Source: an uncultured delta proteobacterium
Lineage (GTDB): Bacteria; Myxococcota_A; Polyangia; Fen-1088
NCBI GenBank assembly: GCA_963737265.1
Contig: CAVTRY010000022.1
Location: forward strand, 192,001 to 256,000
Length of the DNA stretch: 64,000 nt
Direction: 5' to 3'
In this document: positions 20,627 to 31,875 of the stretch, in pieces
Layout: each line of letters opens with the position of its first letter
Position numbering within the stretch: the first letter of the stretch is position 1
The notes under the pieces: model-generated
Seen by the model: the letters and a program-made list of their open reading frames with translations, nothing else
Databases searched by the model: none
What the model was told of the DNA's origin: nothing
Program-made: the position numbers and the translations under genes

Positions 20627-21862
20627 CTAGAACGCAAAGTATGGACCGACGACACCATCAGGTGTCGACTTGCCCTCGATGCCGGTGTAGACGCGACGGC
20701 CAAAGAAGAACGGGAGGCCCCAGTCGAAGCCTGGGATCCCGAAGCCGCTCGGAAACCCTGGCATCGGCCCGGCCAGGTTGCTGAAGGCGTAATTGCGCGC
20801 AGCCAGCCGGGACGCGTTGGCGACGCTGAAATTCACGTGGGCGCTGGCACCGTCGGCCCCCAGGATTGTCGCTGCTAGACTGGTCGTGGAGCTTGGGCAG
20901 TAGAAATCCTTGAGGTTGCCAGTGCACATGGGAAGACGGGTGGTCGTCGAATTCAGGAAGAAGAGGCCGTTCGATCCGCTGTCCAGGTAACTTGTGTACT
21001 GCGTCCCGCCCACGGGAAAAGCCGTTCCCACCACATACCCGGCGATCGGGTCGAGAGCAAACACCGTCGCTCCGCCGAGCTCGTTGTTGGTCTGCGTTCC
21101 AATGCCGAACACCAACAAACCGGATACGGATGGTGCTCCGCCGGACGGAATGCCGTCCAGCTGGATGACCACGCCGTTGTTGTCGACCGGAAATGCAGCG
21201 ACGGGATTGGGAACCTGCCGCTCCACGGAAACCGAAGTGACCTTGCACCCGCCCGATAGAGCGGAGCTGCAGGCGTAGTAGTAAGATGTGGCGGGCGATG
21301 CGCAATTCGCACCACAGTCATTCTGGAGAACCCCCACGCCGAAGATGCCATTCGCACCGAGGGTCTGGAAGTCGGTGATTGCCGTACCCGTGCAGTCGAA
21401 TGCGATGGGATAGTCTTGTTCGCCGATAACCTGGATGGGCAGGCTGCTGGCTGCCTCCTCGCCCACTTGGAGGTCGGCAAGGTTCACCGTGCCCCAGGTC
21501 GAGCCGTCAACGAAAGGCAAACATTCGGCCAGCGCCGCCGACCCACTTGCGTCTGGTACGGGCGGAAGAGCCAATTGCAATTCCGACTTGAGGACACGCA
21601 CACCGACCGAGCCGGTATCGACCAGCAGATGATCGATGGTTTGGCAGTTGCTGGTTCCCGGTTCGCACAGGGTGACTGGGACGAACAGGCCGTTGGTGTA
21701 TTGGCTGTTTTGCGGCCCCGGGTCCACGACGATGGCGACGACGTTCGGATCGGTCGGGGATGCGCCGCCCGTGCCACCCGAACCACCCGTGGAACCACCC
21801 CCGCCGCATCCGGCAGACAAGGCCAGGACCATCGCTGCTGTCCTTAGTTTGGTCATCGGCAT
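20627..21862 (-). CDS. DUF3443 family lipoprotein
   Basis: Lipobox SAGC; VTLCEPGTSNCQTIDHLLVDTGSVG; LGANGIFGVG; YLDSGSN; FDWGLPFFFGR. Confidence 0.85.
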   Translation of the reverse strand: MPMTKLRTAAMVLALSAGCGGGGSTGGSGGTGGASPTDPNVVAIVVDPGPQNSQYTNGLFVPVTLCEPGTSNCQTIDHLLVDTGSVGVRVLKSELQLALPPVPDASGSAALAECLPFVDGSTWGTVNLADLQVGEEAASSLPIQVIGEQDYPIAFDCTGTAITDFQTLGANGIFGVGVLQNDCGANCASPATSYYYACSSALSGGCKVTSVSVERQVPNPVAAFPVDNNGVVIQLDGIPSGGAPSVSGLLVFGIGTQTNNELGGATVFALDPIAGYVVGTAFPVGGTQYTSYLDSGSNGLFFLNSTTTRLPMCTGNLKDFYCPSSTTSLAATILGADGASAHVNFSVANASRLAARNYAFSNLAGPMPGFPSGFGIPGFDWGLPFFFGRRVYTGIEGKSTPDGVVGPYFAF

Positions 21863-21866
21863 TTGC

Positions 21867-22358
21867 CTAGCGGATATCTTCTGGCTGCAAACCCGGAGGC
21901 AGTAAGTCGAGTAGATAGACTTGTCCAAAGAAGGCGCGCTGATGACCGCCCATGATGACTACCATGCCCGGCAGCTCGATGCGCACGGGTCCCCTCGTAG
22001 CCCGCCGCCCGCGCGTGCCGGCGATGTAGCGGTCGTAGTGGACGCCCATGATGTCGCGCAGATTCGGGCGCCACCCGCCGAACCAGGAAACGGCGAATAC
22101 CTTGCCAGTGTCGCCGACGAATTCTCGCACTGTGGCGCCGGACGGCACCTGCAGTTCGTGAACCGCGTAGTTGGCCTGGTGCGATATCTGCAGCTTCGCC
22201 TGCATGCGCACTTGATCTGCCGCGACCGAAGTCACGTCCTCGCCGAGAGCGGCATGGGCGCTGGGCACGAGCTGAAAGATGGCGGCTAACGCGAATGCGC
22301 TCCACAGCCAACGATTGAATCGGTGGAAGCGGTGCTTTGTGGGGTCGATGGTCTTCAT
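21867..22358 (-). CDS. DUF2844 family protein
   Basis: Signal AHAALG; SGATVREFV..GKVFAVSW.G..PNL..MG; GGHQRAF.GQ.YL...LP. Confidence 0.85.
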   Translation of the reverse strand: MKTIDPTKHRFHRFNRWLWSAFALAAIFQLVPSAHAALGEDVTSVAADQVRMQAKLQISHQANYAVHELQVPSGATVREFVGDTGKVFAVSWFGGWRPNLRDIMGVHYDRYIAGTRGRRATRGPVRIELPGMVVIMGGHQRAFFGQVYLLDLLPPGLQPEDIR

Positions 22359-22441
22359 GACAGTGCTGGCATTATACCAGCCCGCGCCGAGTCGCGCGGA
22401 ACAGCCGTGCAACGAAGGTCACACGCTGGCCGAAGAAGGCG

Positions 22442-23725
22442 TCAAGACTTCGTGCCGGCTGGCGCCCTCAGGAGCACGGCGCGGGCGTGGCCGGAGAGGC
22501 CTTCCACTTCCGCAAGGCAGGAAACAGCCGCAGCTTGCTTCGCAACGGCCTTGGGACCGTATTCGATGTAAGACGTTCGCTTGAGGAAATCACCGACGCC
22601 GAGCGGGGACGAGAAGCGCGCGCTGCCGCCGGTTGGCAGCACGTGACTCGGACCAGCGAAGTAGTCGCCCAGCGCTTCGCACGCCTCGTCGCCCACGAAC
22701 ACGGCGCCCGCACAGGTGACCAGGTCTGCCCACTTGCGTGCGTCGGCAAGCGCGATCCCAGCGTGCTCGGGAGCGAGCTGGTTGACGAGTCCAATCGCGG
22801 CTTCCGCATCGTCGACGACGATGGCCACGCCTTGGTTGGCGATAGCCTTCTCCGCGATAGCCTTGCGCGGCAGTTGGGCGAGCTGGCGATCCAACTCTTG
22901 CGCCACACGCTCGGCAACCGTCTTGCCGACGGCAACCAGAATGGGCACCGCCAGCTCGTCATGCTCCGCCTGCGCCAACAAATCGGCGGCAACCCAAGCC
23001 GGATTCGCCGTCGCATCGGCCGCAATCACCACCTCGGTCGGTCCCGCGATCATCTCGATGCCGACATCGCCGAACACCAGACGTTTGGCCGCGGCGACAT
23101 AGGCGTTGCCGGGCCCGACGATCTTGTCCACGCGCGGAACGCTTTCGGTGCCGTAGGCCAGGGCCGCCACGGCCTGCGCGCCACCCATCAAGAAAACGCG
23201 ATCAACGCCCGCTTCGAGTGCGGCGGCCAGAGTCTCGGGCGAAGGTCCGGGCGTGGTCATGAAGACTTCGCGCACGCCCGCCACCTTGGCCGGCACCGCG
23301 GTCATGAGCACGGTGGAGGGATAGCGCGCGGTTCCGCCCGGCGCGTAGATACCGATGCGCGCGAGCGGCGTGTAGCGACAGGCGAGACGAACGCCCTCCT
23401 CGACGGTTTCGTAGGAGTGGTAGCGCTCGTGCTCGTGGTAGGCGCGAATTCGCGCCGCGGCCTGAGCGAGCGCTTGCCGTACTTCTTGCAACGCCCCCGC
23501 CGCGAGCGCCTGCCAGGCATCGCGGGACAGCTCGATGGCGCCGAGCTCGCGCCCTTCGAAGCGCTGGGTATACATCCGCACGGCTACGTCGCCGCGTTCG
23601 CGCACATCCTCGATGATGGCGCGAGCGCCAGCCTCGATGGATCCCGGCACTGCCCTCGCCCGGTCGACGATGGCCTTGAGTTCGGAAGCAAAACCAGGAT
23701 CGCCCTGGACGATGGTGCGCAACAT
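22442..23725 (-). CDS. hisD: Histidinol dehydrogenase
   Basis: GGAQAVAALAYGTE, KIVGPGNAYV, AGPTE, DLLAQAEHD, APEH, GPSHVLPT, EGLSGHA. Confidence 0.97.
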   Translation of the reverse strand: MLRTIVQGDPGFASELKAIVDRARAVPGSIEAGARAIIEDVRERGDVAVRMYTQRFEGRELGAIELSRDAWQALAAGALQEVRQALAQAAARIRAYHEHERYHSYETVEEGVRLACRYTPLARIGIYAPGGTARYPSTVLMTAVPAKVAGVREVFMTTPGPSPETLAAALEAGVDRVFLMGGAQAVAALAYGTESVPRVDKIVGPGNAYVAAAKRLVFGDVGIEMIAGPTEVVIAADATANPAWVAADLLAQAEHDELAVPILVAVGKTVAERVAQELDRQLAQLPRKAIAEKAIANQGVAIVVDDAEAAIGLVNQLAPEHAGIALADARKWADLVTCAGAVFVGDEACEALGDYFAGPSHVLPTGGSARFSSPLGVGDFLKRTSYIEYGPKAVAKQAAAVSCLAEVEGLSGHARAVLLRAPAGTKS

Positions 23726-23889
23726 GCGAAGAAACTACCGTTCGTCCGCTGGGCGCGCCAGTAGGACCTGTGTCCGCCCGGCGGCGTTTTCGCGGCTCCG
23801 TTAGGTCTCGTCAGAGAATAGATGCCACGAGGTGGGCGCAGCCGGAATGGATCGCCGCCCGGATTGTTGCAGATTTCTCCGACGAGCCC

Positions 23890-24237
23890 CTACTTCTTGC
23901 CAGACTTGGCCGCGCGGCGCTGGGCGCGGTATTCGTAGATCTTCGCCTGGGGAAGATCCTTGTGTTTCGAGCACACCATACCAAAGACCGGAGCGGCCAC
24001 GCCCGTGCAACCGGGCACCGGGCAGAATTGCTTGGGGCGGTGCTTAATAGGAGCGGAGACACCAGCAACCGCGACGACCGCGCCCGTTGCTGGACGGCCA
24101 CGATGGGCCGGAACGTTCAAATTGCCCGTGAACGCGGCGGTCACTGCCTGCTGAACGCGGCGGACGCTGTCAGCCTCGACGGCCGAAACAATTTGATTCA
24201 CGAAGCCTTCAACCAATGATCGGATGTTTGTTTCCAT
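23890..24237 (-). CDS. Small basic protein with AT-hook-like RGRP and a C-x4-C-x11-C-x2-H motif
   Basis: METNIRSLVEGFV helix; HRGRP; CPVPGC..CSKH; basic C-terminus. Confidence 0.7.
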   Translation of the reverse strand: METNIRSLVEGFVNQIVSAVEADSVRRVQQAVTAAFTGNLNVPAHRGRPATGAVVAVAGVSAPIKHRPKQFCPVPGCTGVAAPVFGMVCSKHKDLPQAKIYEYRAQRRAAKSGKK

Positions 24238-24434
24238 TTGACATTTCTCTTGTGAAAGTGGCGCCAATGTTGCCCCGTCACGGTCAAAAGTAAAGACTCA
24301 TTTTCCTTTTCGCTCTATTGATGGAGCCTAATGGCCAGCCATTGCGAAAGACGGGAACACGACACGCAGTGTGACAAGGTATTGAATGAAATGCACTTGA
24401 CCGTTTCTTGTTCCCGCGGAATTATTGCCGCGTC

Positions 24435-26567
24435 ATGAAAAGGCTAGCGCGGCCGACACTGAGGGGGCTGTTCCTCACCTTGCGTTCGGGTGACGTGCGC
24501 GCGTTGTTCGCGCGCTATTCCGATGTCGCCCTGGCAATGCTTGTCGCGCTGATCGTGGGAACGATGATCGTTCCGCTACCAACATTCCTGCTCGATCTGC
24601 TTATTTCGCTCAACATAGCCGGCGCGGTCACCATGCTCCTTATCGCCATCTATGTCAGCGACGCTTTGAAGATTGCGACCTTCCCTACCCTGTTGCTCAT
24701 TACCACGTTGTTTCGTCTCGCCATAGAAGTCTCCGCAACCCGCCTCATCCTACTCAAGGCCAACGCCGGAAGTGTCATCCATGCTTTCGGCAACTTCGTC
24801 GTCGCCGGCAACGTGGTTGTCGGTGTCGTCGTGTTCGTTATTCTCACGCTGATTCAGTTCATCGTGATTGCCAGGGGCTCCGGACGAGTTGCCGAAGTCG
24901 GCGCACGTTTCACCCTGGACGCCATGCCCGGCAAACAGATGGCCATCGACGCCGAATTGCGTTCGGGCCACATCGACCCAAGCGAAGCACGCCACCAACG
25001 CTCATTGCTGGCCCGCGAATCCCAATTCTTTGGGTCCATGGACGGCGCCATGAAATTCGTCAAAGGCGACGCCATCGCGGGGGTCGCGGTGTTGCTCACC
25101 AACATCGGAGGCGGGCTGGCCATTGGCATCCTGCAAAAGGGGATGGATCCTTCCAGTGCGGTGCGCACGTACACCCTACTAACGATTGGCGAGGGTCTGG
25201 TTTCTCAGATCCCGGCGCTCGTCATTTCGACGGCGGCTGGAATTATCGTCACGCGCGTTTCGTCGGAGGACGAGGGCAGCCATCTTGGAGGGGACATTGG
25301 CCGGCAAATTCTGGCCCAGCCCAAGGCATTGGCAATATCCGCTGCGCTGCTCGTCCTAATGGCCTTGATTCCTGGATTGCCGACAGCGCCCTTCTTGACC
25401 CTCGGCGGATTGCTCGGCTTGCTTGCCTATCGATTGATCAGGTCGGAAAGGACCTGGAACGGGGCAGGCGCTGAACGCAATGACATTGCCTTGCCGGCGG
25501 CCCGACCTGCAACGACCAAGCAGGCGACCACTTCCGAGATCCCCGTCCCGCTGGTACCTATCGCCATTGAGCTGTCGGTCGCGCTCAGCGAAGCGCTCCT
25601 GCCCAAGCACCGGCCAAGCCGAATGGCCAGCCAAGGGCTGCCGGCCTTGCGCAGCCGCTTCTTCCGCGAAACCGGAATTACTGTTCCGGCCATTCGGCTG
25701 GACGGGCCTACGCCCGGCCTTGCGCCTGGCGCCTATGCAATCCGCTTGCGCGAGGTTCCCGTGGCGATCGGCCAGGTTAGGGTCGACGGCGCTATGACGC
25801 CCGATTCGCCCGAGCGGCTGCGTACCTTGGGAATTGTCGCCGAGCCCGCCGTGCACCCCGACGGGTGCGCCGCCTCCTGGATTGCGGCCCCGGATGTGGC
25901 GACAGCCCGCGCCCAGGGTCTGTCTCTGCTGTCGCCCGATGAAGTCATTGTCGAACATCTACTTCGTGTCTTGCGCCGCCACGGGCACGAATTCGTCGGG
26001 ATTCAAGCGACGCAGGCCCTGCTCGACAGCCTGGCCATCACTCATCCGGCTCTGCTGCGCGAGGTGGTACCAAAATTGGTAAGTCAGGTCTTGATTGCTG
26101 ATATTCTCCACCGCCTGGCCGAAGAAGGGATCTCCCTGCGTAATCTTCCCGAGATCCTCGGCGCACTCGCCGAGCGGACGCCAGGCGATGGCGACGATCC
26201 GGCTGCATTGACCGACTTTGTACGCGCGGCCCTGCGGCCACAGATCACGTTCAAATACACGGGCCAAGACGGAACCGTCGCCGTGTTTCTCCTCGATGCC
26301 ATCATCGAGGAAACCGTGCGCGAAGCGATTCAGAGCACTGGAACGGGCGGCCGACTGGGCCTGGAACCGGGGTTTTCCCGCGGTATTGTCCAAGCCGTGG
26401 GCCACGCGATTTCGCGCGTTGAGGCGCCGGTCATTCTGACCGCGGGCGATATCCGCCGGCACGTTCGAAGTTTGCTTGCAAACGAACATCCGCAAGTCGC
26501 GGTCATCGCCAATCAAGAACTGGTGCCCGAGGCGAAATTGCGCACGCTCGCCCGCATCGCAATTTGA
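24435..26567 (+). CDS. FHIPEP-family type III export gate protein (SctV/FlhA)
   Basis: FPTLLLITTLFRL, EVGARFTLDAMPGKQMAIDAEL, FFGSMDGAMKFVKGDAIAG, IGEGLVSQIP. Confidence 0.93.
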   Translation: MKRLARPTLRGLFLTLRSGDVRALFARYSDVALAMLVALIVGTMIVPLPTFLLDLLISLNIAGAVTMLLIAIYVSDALKIATFPTLLLITTLFRLAIEVSATRLILLKANAGSVIHAFGNFVVAGNVVVGVVVFVILTLIQFIVIARGSGRVAEVGARFTLDAMPGKQMAIDAELRSGHIDPSEARHQRSLLARESQFFGSMDGAMKFVKGDAIAGVAVLLTNIGGGLAIGILQKGMDPSSAVRTYTLLTIGEGLVSQIPALVISTAAGIIVTRVSSEDEGSHLGGDIGRQILAQPKALAISAALLVLMALIPGLPTAPFLTLGGLLGLLAYRLIRSERTWNGAGAERNDIALPAARPATTKQATTSEIPVPLVPIAIELSVALSEALLPKHRPSRMASQGLPALRSRFFRETGITVPAIRLDGPTPGLAPGAYAIRLREVPVAIGQVRVDGAMTPDSPERLRTLGIVAEPAVHPDGCAASWIAAPDVATARAQGLSLLSPDEVIVEHLLRVLRRHGHEFVGIQATQALLDSLAITHPALLREVVPKLVSQVLIADILHRLAEEGISLRNLPEILGALAERTPGDGDDPAALTDFVRAALRPQITFKYTGQDGTVAVFLLDAIIEETVREAIQSTGTGGRLGLEPGFSRGIVQAVGHAISRVEAPVILTAGDIRRHVRSLLANEHPQVAVIANQELVPEAKLRTLARIAI

Positions 26568-26580
26568 TAACTTGCGGCGG

Positions 26581-27888
26581 TCAGGAATCGGTGGGCAGAT
26601 CCTTGTGGATGAAATGCCTGCTGTCCGGGCTGTAGTCAGTCGTGCACTGGCCGCGGCCGTGCAGGAGCCAGCGGTAGGTCAGAAGCCCGTCGACGCCAAC
26701 CGGACCGCGCGCATGCAACTTGTCGGTGCTGATTCCCACCTCGGCGCCGAGCCCGAAGCGATAGCCATCCGAGAACCGCGTGCTCGCGTTGTGAAACACG
26801 CAAGCCGAGTCTACCTCGGCCAAAAAGCGACTGGCTGCCTCCCCATCCTGGGCGACGATGGCGTCGGTGTGGCGCGAACCGTGGCGCGCGATGTGGTCGA
26901 GCGCGTCCGCAAGCCCCGGCACCTGCCGAATGGACAACACAAGATCGCCGTATTCCGTATCCCAATCTGCCTCCGTGGCCAGCTCCATTTGCGGATGGCG
27001 CTTGCGGGTCTCGGCGCAGCCACGCAAGGCGACCTTCTGCAAGCCGAGCGCCTTGACGCAGGCATCTAAAGCCGCGCCCGCGCCCGCGTCCCAGAGCAAT
27101 GTCTCGACGGCATTGCACGCCGCGGGATAGCTGCATTTAGCGTCAACGACGATCTTCGCTGCCACGTCCGGATCCGCCGATGCGTGCAGGTACGTGTGAC
27201 AGATACCGTCCGCGTGTGCCATGACGGGAATGCGCGTGTGACCACGCACGTGACGGATGAATTGCGATGAGCCGCGCGCGATAACCATTTCCACAAGGTC
27301 GTCCATGCCGAGCAGGCTATCCACCTCGGCGCGGTCTTCGAGAAGAACCATAGCGCGCGTATCAATGTCGTGTTTCTCCAGTACCCGGTGCGCCACCGCG
27401 GTGAGCGCCCTATTGCTATCGGCAGCTTCGCGACCGCCCTTCAGTGCCACGGCGTTGCCGCTTTTCCAGGCCAAGCTGGTGATCTGGACCAGGGCGTCGG
27501 GCCGCGCTTCGAACACCACGCCGAGCACACCCAGCGAACAGCTCACGCGCTCGAGAATAAGCCCATGGTCGAGGATCCGGTGAGTGAGCCGGCGGCCCAC
27601 CAGCTCCGGCATACGCGCCAGCTGTTCAACGCCGTCCGCGGTGGTGGCGAGTTTCTTTTCATCGAAGGACAGCCGCTTGACCAGCGCCTTGCCGAGCCGG
27701 CCAGCCTTTTCTTCTTCGCGCGCGCGCGCCATGTCTTGCGCGTTGGCGGCGAGCACCACCTGTTTGGCTTCGGGCTGGGCCAGCGCCGTGGCGAAGTCGG
27801 ACAAAAGCGCGCTGCGCTCGGGTCCGGAAAGCGCGGCCAACCGGCGAGCCGCGGCACGTGCTGCTTGTAAACTTTCGCGAAGGTTCAT
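26581..27888 (-). CDS. proA: Gamma-glutamyl phosphate reductase
   Basis: [60 protein letters not shown]. Confidence 0.96.
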   Translation of the reverse strand: MNLRESLQAARAAARRLAALSGPERSALLSDFATALAQPEAKQVVLAANAQDMARAREEEKAGRLGKALVKRLSFDEKKLATTADGVEQLARMPELVGRRLTHRILDHGLILERVSCSLGVLGVVFEARPDALVQITSLAWKSGNAVALKGGREAADSNRALTAVAHRVLEKHDIDTRAMVLLEDRAEVDSLLGMDDLVEMVIARGSSQFIRHVRGHTRIPVMAHADGICHTYLHASADPDVAAKIVVDAKCSYPAACNAVETLLWDAGAGAALDACVKALGLQKVALRGCAETRKRHPQMELATEADWDTEYGDLVLSIRQVPGLADALDHIARHGSRHTDAIVAQDGEAASRFLAEVDSACVFHNASTRFSDGYRFGLGAEVGISTDKLHARGPVGVDGLLTYRWLLHGRGQCTTDYSPDSRHFIHKDLPTDS

Positions 27889-27978
27889 GGCGGCAATTGT
27901 ACCCGCGGAACTCCGCCGTGGTCACTAGTCCCTTGCAAGTCTGTACCACAACCCCAAAAATCAGCTAACGTCTGGCTC

Positions 27979-29487
<1,509 letters not shown>

Positions 29488-29598
29488 CGCACGGCTAGCT
29501 CGAACCAGGTTGGTCCGTAATCCCGCGACAAGCGCAGCGACGTCGCGGAAGGCGGCTGCGCCTATCGCGGGATTGCGGATGGTCGGGCCTCCTGGTGT

Positions 29599-30891
29599 TT
29601 GTGGTATCGTGGTTTTTCAACCGTGATTGGAACCCGCACGCCAATCGTTTTGTTGGCCGGAGTCTGGGCGCTCGCGGCGACCCAGATGGCATCCGCGGCC
29701 GAGGCCACGCGCGTCCTCACCGCCCGATCGGCCAAGGATTTTGATTTCGACTTTTCGCTCGATTGGCAGCACGACGAGACCCGCGGCTCGATCAAACGCG
29801 AGTATGTCGACCCGACTGGCGTGACCCAAATCAACGATGCGGTTTATCACCAGGTCCGCGATTCCATGCACCTGCGCGGTGAGGTGGGTCTCCTTCACGA
29901 CCTCAGTTTTTTCATGGTCGGCTCCATCGTTCTGGCCGACAACCGCGGACTCGACTTCGACAGAAGCGGCGACTGTTCCGCCTCGCCCAATCCTTGCGTC
30001 GAGACTCTGCTTCGCGACAACATTCTTCCCGGCAATCAAACCTCCACCTGGGGCCTCGACTCGGAGAGCGGTCGACCATTCCAGCAACCCTCTGGCCAGC
30101 TGTTCAGTGGTCCCAAGCGCAGTGGCTTCGAATACCTCGGACTCGGACTTAGCTGGGCTGCCTTCAACCAAGCCCGCGACCACACCAAACCGACGTGGGT
30201 CATTCGCCTGGAAACGCACCTGTCGGTGGCGGGCGACCAGCGCTTCGACCCTGGCAAGCCGACGGCCAATCGCAGTGTCGGACTCGGCTACCACCAAGTG
30301 ATCCTGTCTACCTTCTTCTCGCGCAGGTTTGGCCCCTATGAACCGACCGTGGGCGGCTGGCTCATGCAACCCGCTCTGACGTCAAGCAGCGTGTACAAGA
30401 ACCTCGGCACAGGATCGTTTTCCTTACCGCAGCGACGGGCGGGCGGCCAGGCGAGCATCGAGGACACGGTGTGGGAAAACCCGACGATCGACGGGCGATT
30501 CGCGCTCGAAGCCGTCGGCCGCTTCGAGCTCCGGTTCGAGGGTTTAGCCCAGAGCGAGCTGTGGGAGGTCTTGTCCGGCGATTCGCGTTGTGCGACCGAC
30601 CCGACCTACTGCCGGCCGGGCATCGACGTGGATGCCAATGGCAAACCCAGTCCGAGCTCAGGCGTCGTACGCAGCCCGGCCTACGGCCTTTTCGGTGGCG
30701 ACGCTGGTGTCAGCGCCCACTTCAGTCGCCATGCGCGCTTCCGCGCCCTGTTCGGCCTGCTCTTCGAGGAGGCGCACTTCCTCACCGACGCAGCCTCGGG
30801 AAACAGTGCCTACGACATACCCGGCCGGCGATTCTGGATCGACGGAATGTACTCGTGGCACGTTCTGGCCGACCTATCGGCTACGTTCTGA
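29599..30891 (+). CDS. Hypothetical exported protein, probable outer-membrane beta-barrel
   Basis: Signal peptide; alternating strands; C-terminal Phe. Confidence 0.6.
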   Translation: MWYRGFSTVIGTRTPIVLLAGVWALAATQMASAAEATRVLTARSAKDFDFDFSLDWQHDETRGSIKREYVDPTGVTQINDAVYHQVRDSMHLRGEVGLLHDLSFFMVGSIVLADNRGLDFDRSGDCSASPNPCVETLLRDNILPGNQTSTWGLDSESGRPFQQPSGQLFSGPKRSGFEYLGLGLSWAAFNQARDHTKPTWVIRLETHLSVAGDQRFDPGKPTANRSVGLGYHQVILSTFFSRRFGPYEPTVGGWLMQPALTSSSVYKNLGTGSFSLPQRRAGGQASIEDTVWENPTIDGRFALEAVGRFELRFEGLAQSELWEVLSGDSRCATDPTYCRPGIDVDANGKPSPSSGVVRSPAYGLFGGDAGVSAHFSRHARFRALFGLLFEEAHFLTDAASGNSAYDIPGRRFWIDGMYSWHVLADLSATF

Positions 30892-31732
30892 CAGCGAGCA
30901 CGAGCTGGTAGATCTCGCGTCGCGGGCGCTTGCTGTCCACGGCCAGGGCATCGGCGACATCGCGGGCTGACATGCCGCTCGCAAGCAGGGTGCGTGCGCG
31001 CGCCACCAGCGTATCGTCGTCGTCGTCGACCGCCTCGTCCCCTTCGCCCGCGCCGCCCACCACCAGGGTGACCTCGCCGAGGGGCCGTTCGCTAACATAA
31101 CGCTCGGCCAATTCGCCCAGCGTTCCGCGCACGAGCTCTTCGTGGGTTTTGGTCAGCTCGCGCGCCAGGCACGCGGGACGTGCCTCGCCCAGCACGGCAA
31201 CCAGCTCGGCGAGCGTGCTGCCGACCCGGTGGGGCGATTCGTAGAAGATCAGCGTGGTGCCGAGCTGTCCTAGTTGGTTGAACAGCAGGCGGCGCGCGCC
31301 AGTCTTGCGCGGCGGAAAACCAGCGAAAAAGAAACTGTCGGTGGGCAGCCCCGAAGCCACCAGCGCCGCCAGCAAAGCGGACGGCCCGGGAATCGGCACC
31401 ACGCGCGCACCGAGGGCCACCGCCGCCCGCACCACCCGATAGCCGGGATCGGAAACCGCCGGCGTGCCGGCCTCGGACAGCAGCGCCACGCTTTGACCCG
31501 CGCGCAGAAGGGCGCATGCCTCCTCGGCGCGCTCGGGTTCGTTGGCGTCGAAGCAAGACTGCGTGCGCCGGTCGATGCCGTAGGAAGAAAGCAGCTTGCG
31601 CGCCGATCGCGTGTCTTCGGCAAGCACCACATCCACCATCCTCAAGGTTTCGATGGAGCGCGGCGAGAAGTCGCCAGGGTTACCGATGGAGGATGCAACG
31701 ACGTAAAGCGTGCCGAGCGGTTGATGGGCCAC
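30881..31732 (-). CDS. rsmI: 16S rRNA C1402 2'-O-methyltransferase
   Basis: LYVVA..IGN, AEDTR, SEAGTPAVSDPG, YESPHR, RELTKTHEE. Confidence 0.95.
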   Translation of the reverse strand: MAHQPLGTLYVVASSIGNPGDFSPRSIETLRMVDVVLAEDTRSARKLLSSYGIDRRTQSCFDANEPERAEEACALLRAGQSVALLSEAGTPAVSDPGYRVVRAAVALGARVVPIPGPSALLAALVASGLPTDSFFFAGFPPRKTGARRLLFNQLGQLGTTLIFYESPHRVGSTLAELVAVLGEARPACLARELTKTHEELVRGTLGELAERYVSERPLGEVTLVVGGAGEGDEAVDDDDDTLVARARTLLASGMSARDVADALAVDSKRPRREIYQLVLAVRT

Positions 31733-31875
31733 AGTGCAGTGGATCGCACGAACTGGCCCGAGCAGCAAGCCTCCTTGCCAAACTCTCTTCCCGTCATGCG
31801 CCGCAGGCAGCCCGGCGATTCCACAACGTGGCGAGCGACGCCGGGCCTACTGCTTGCTATCATCACCATTCCACG

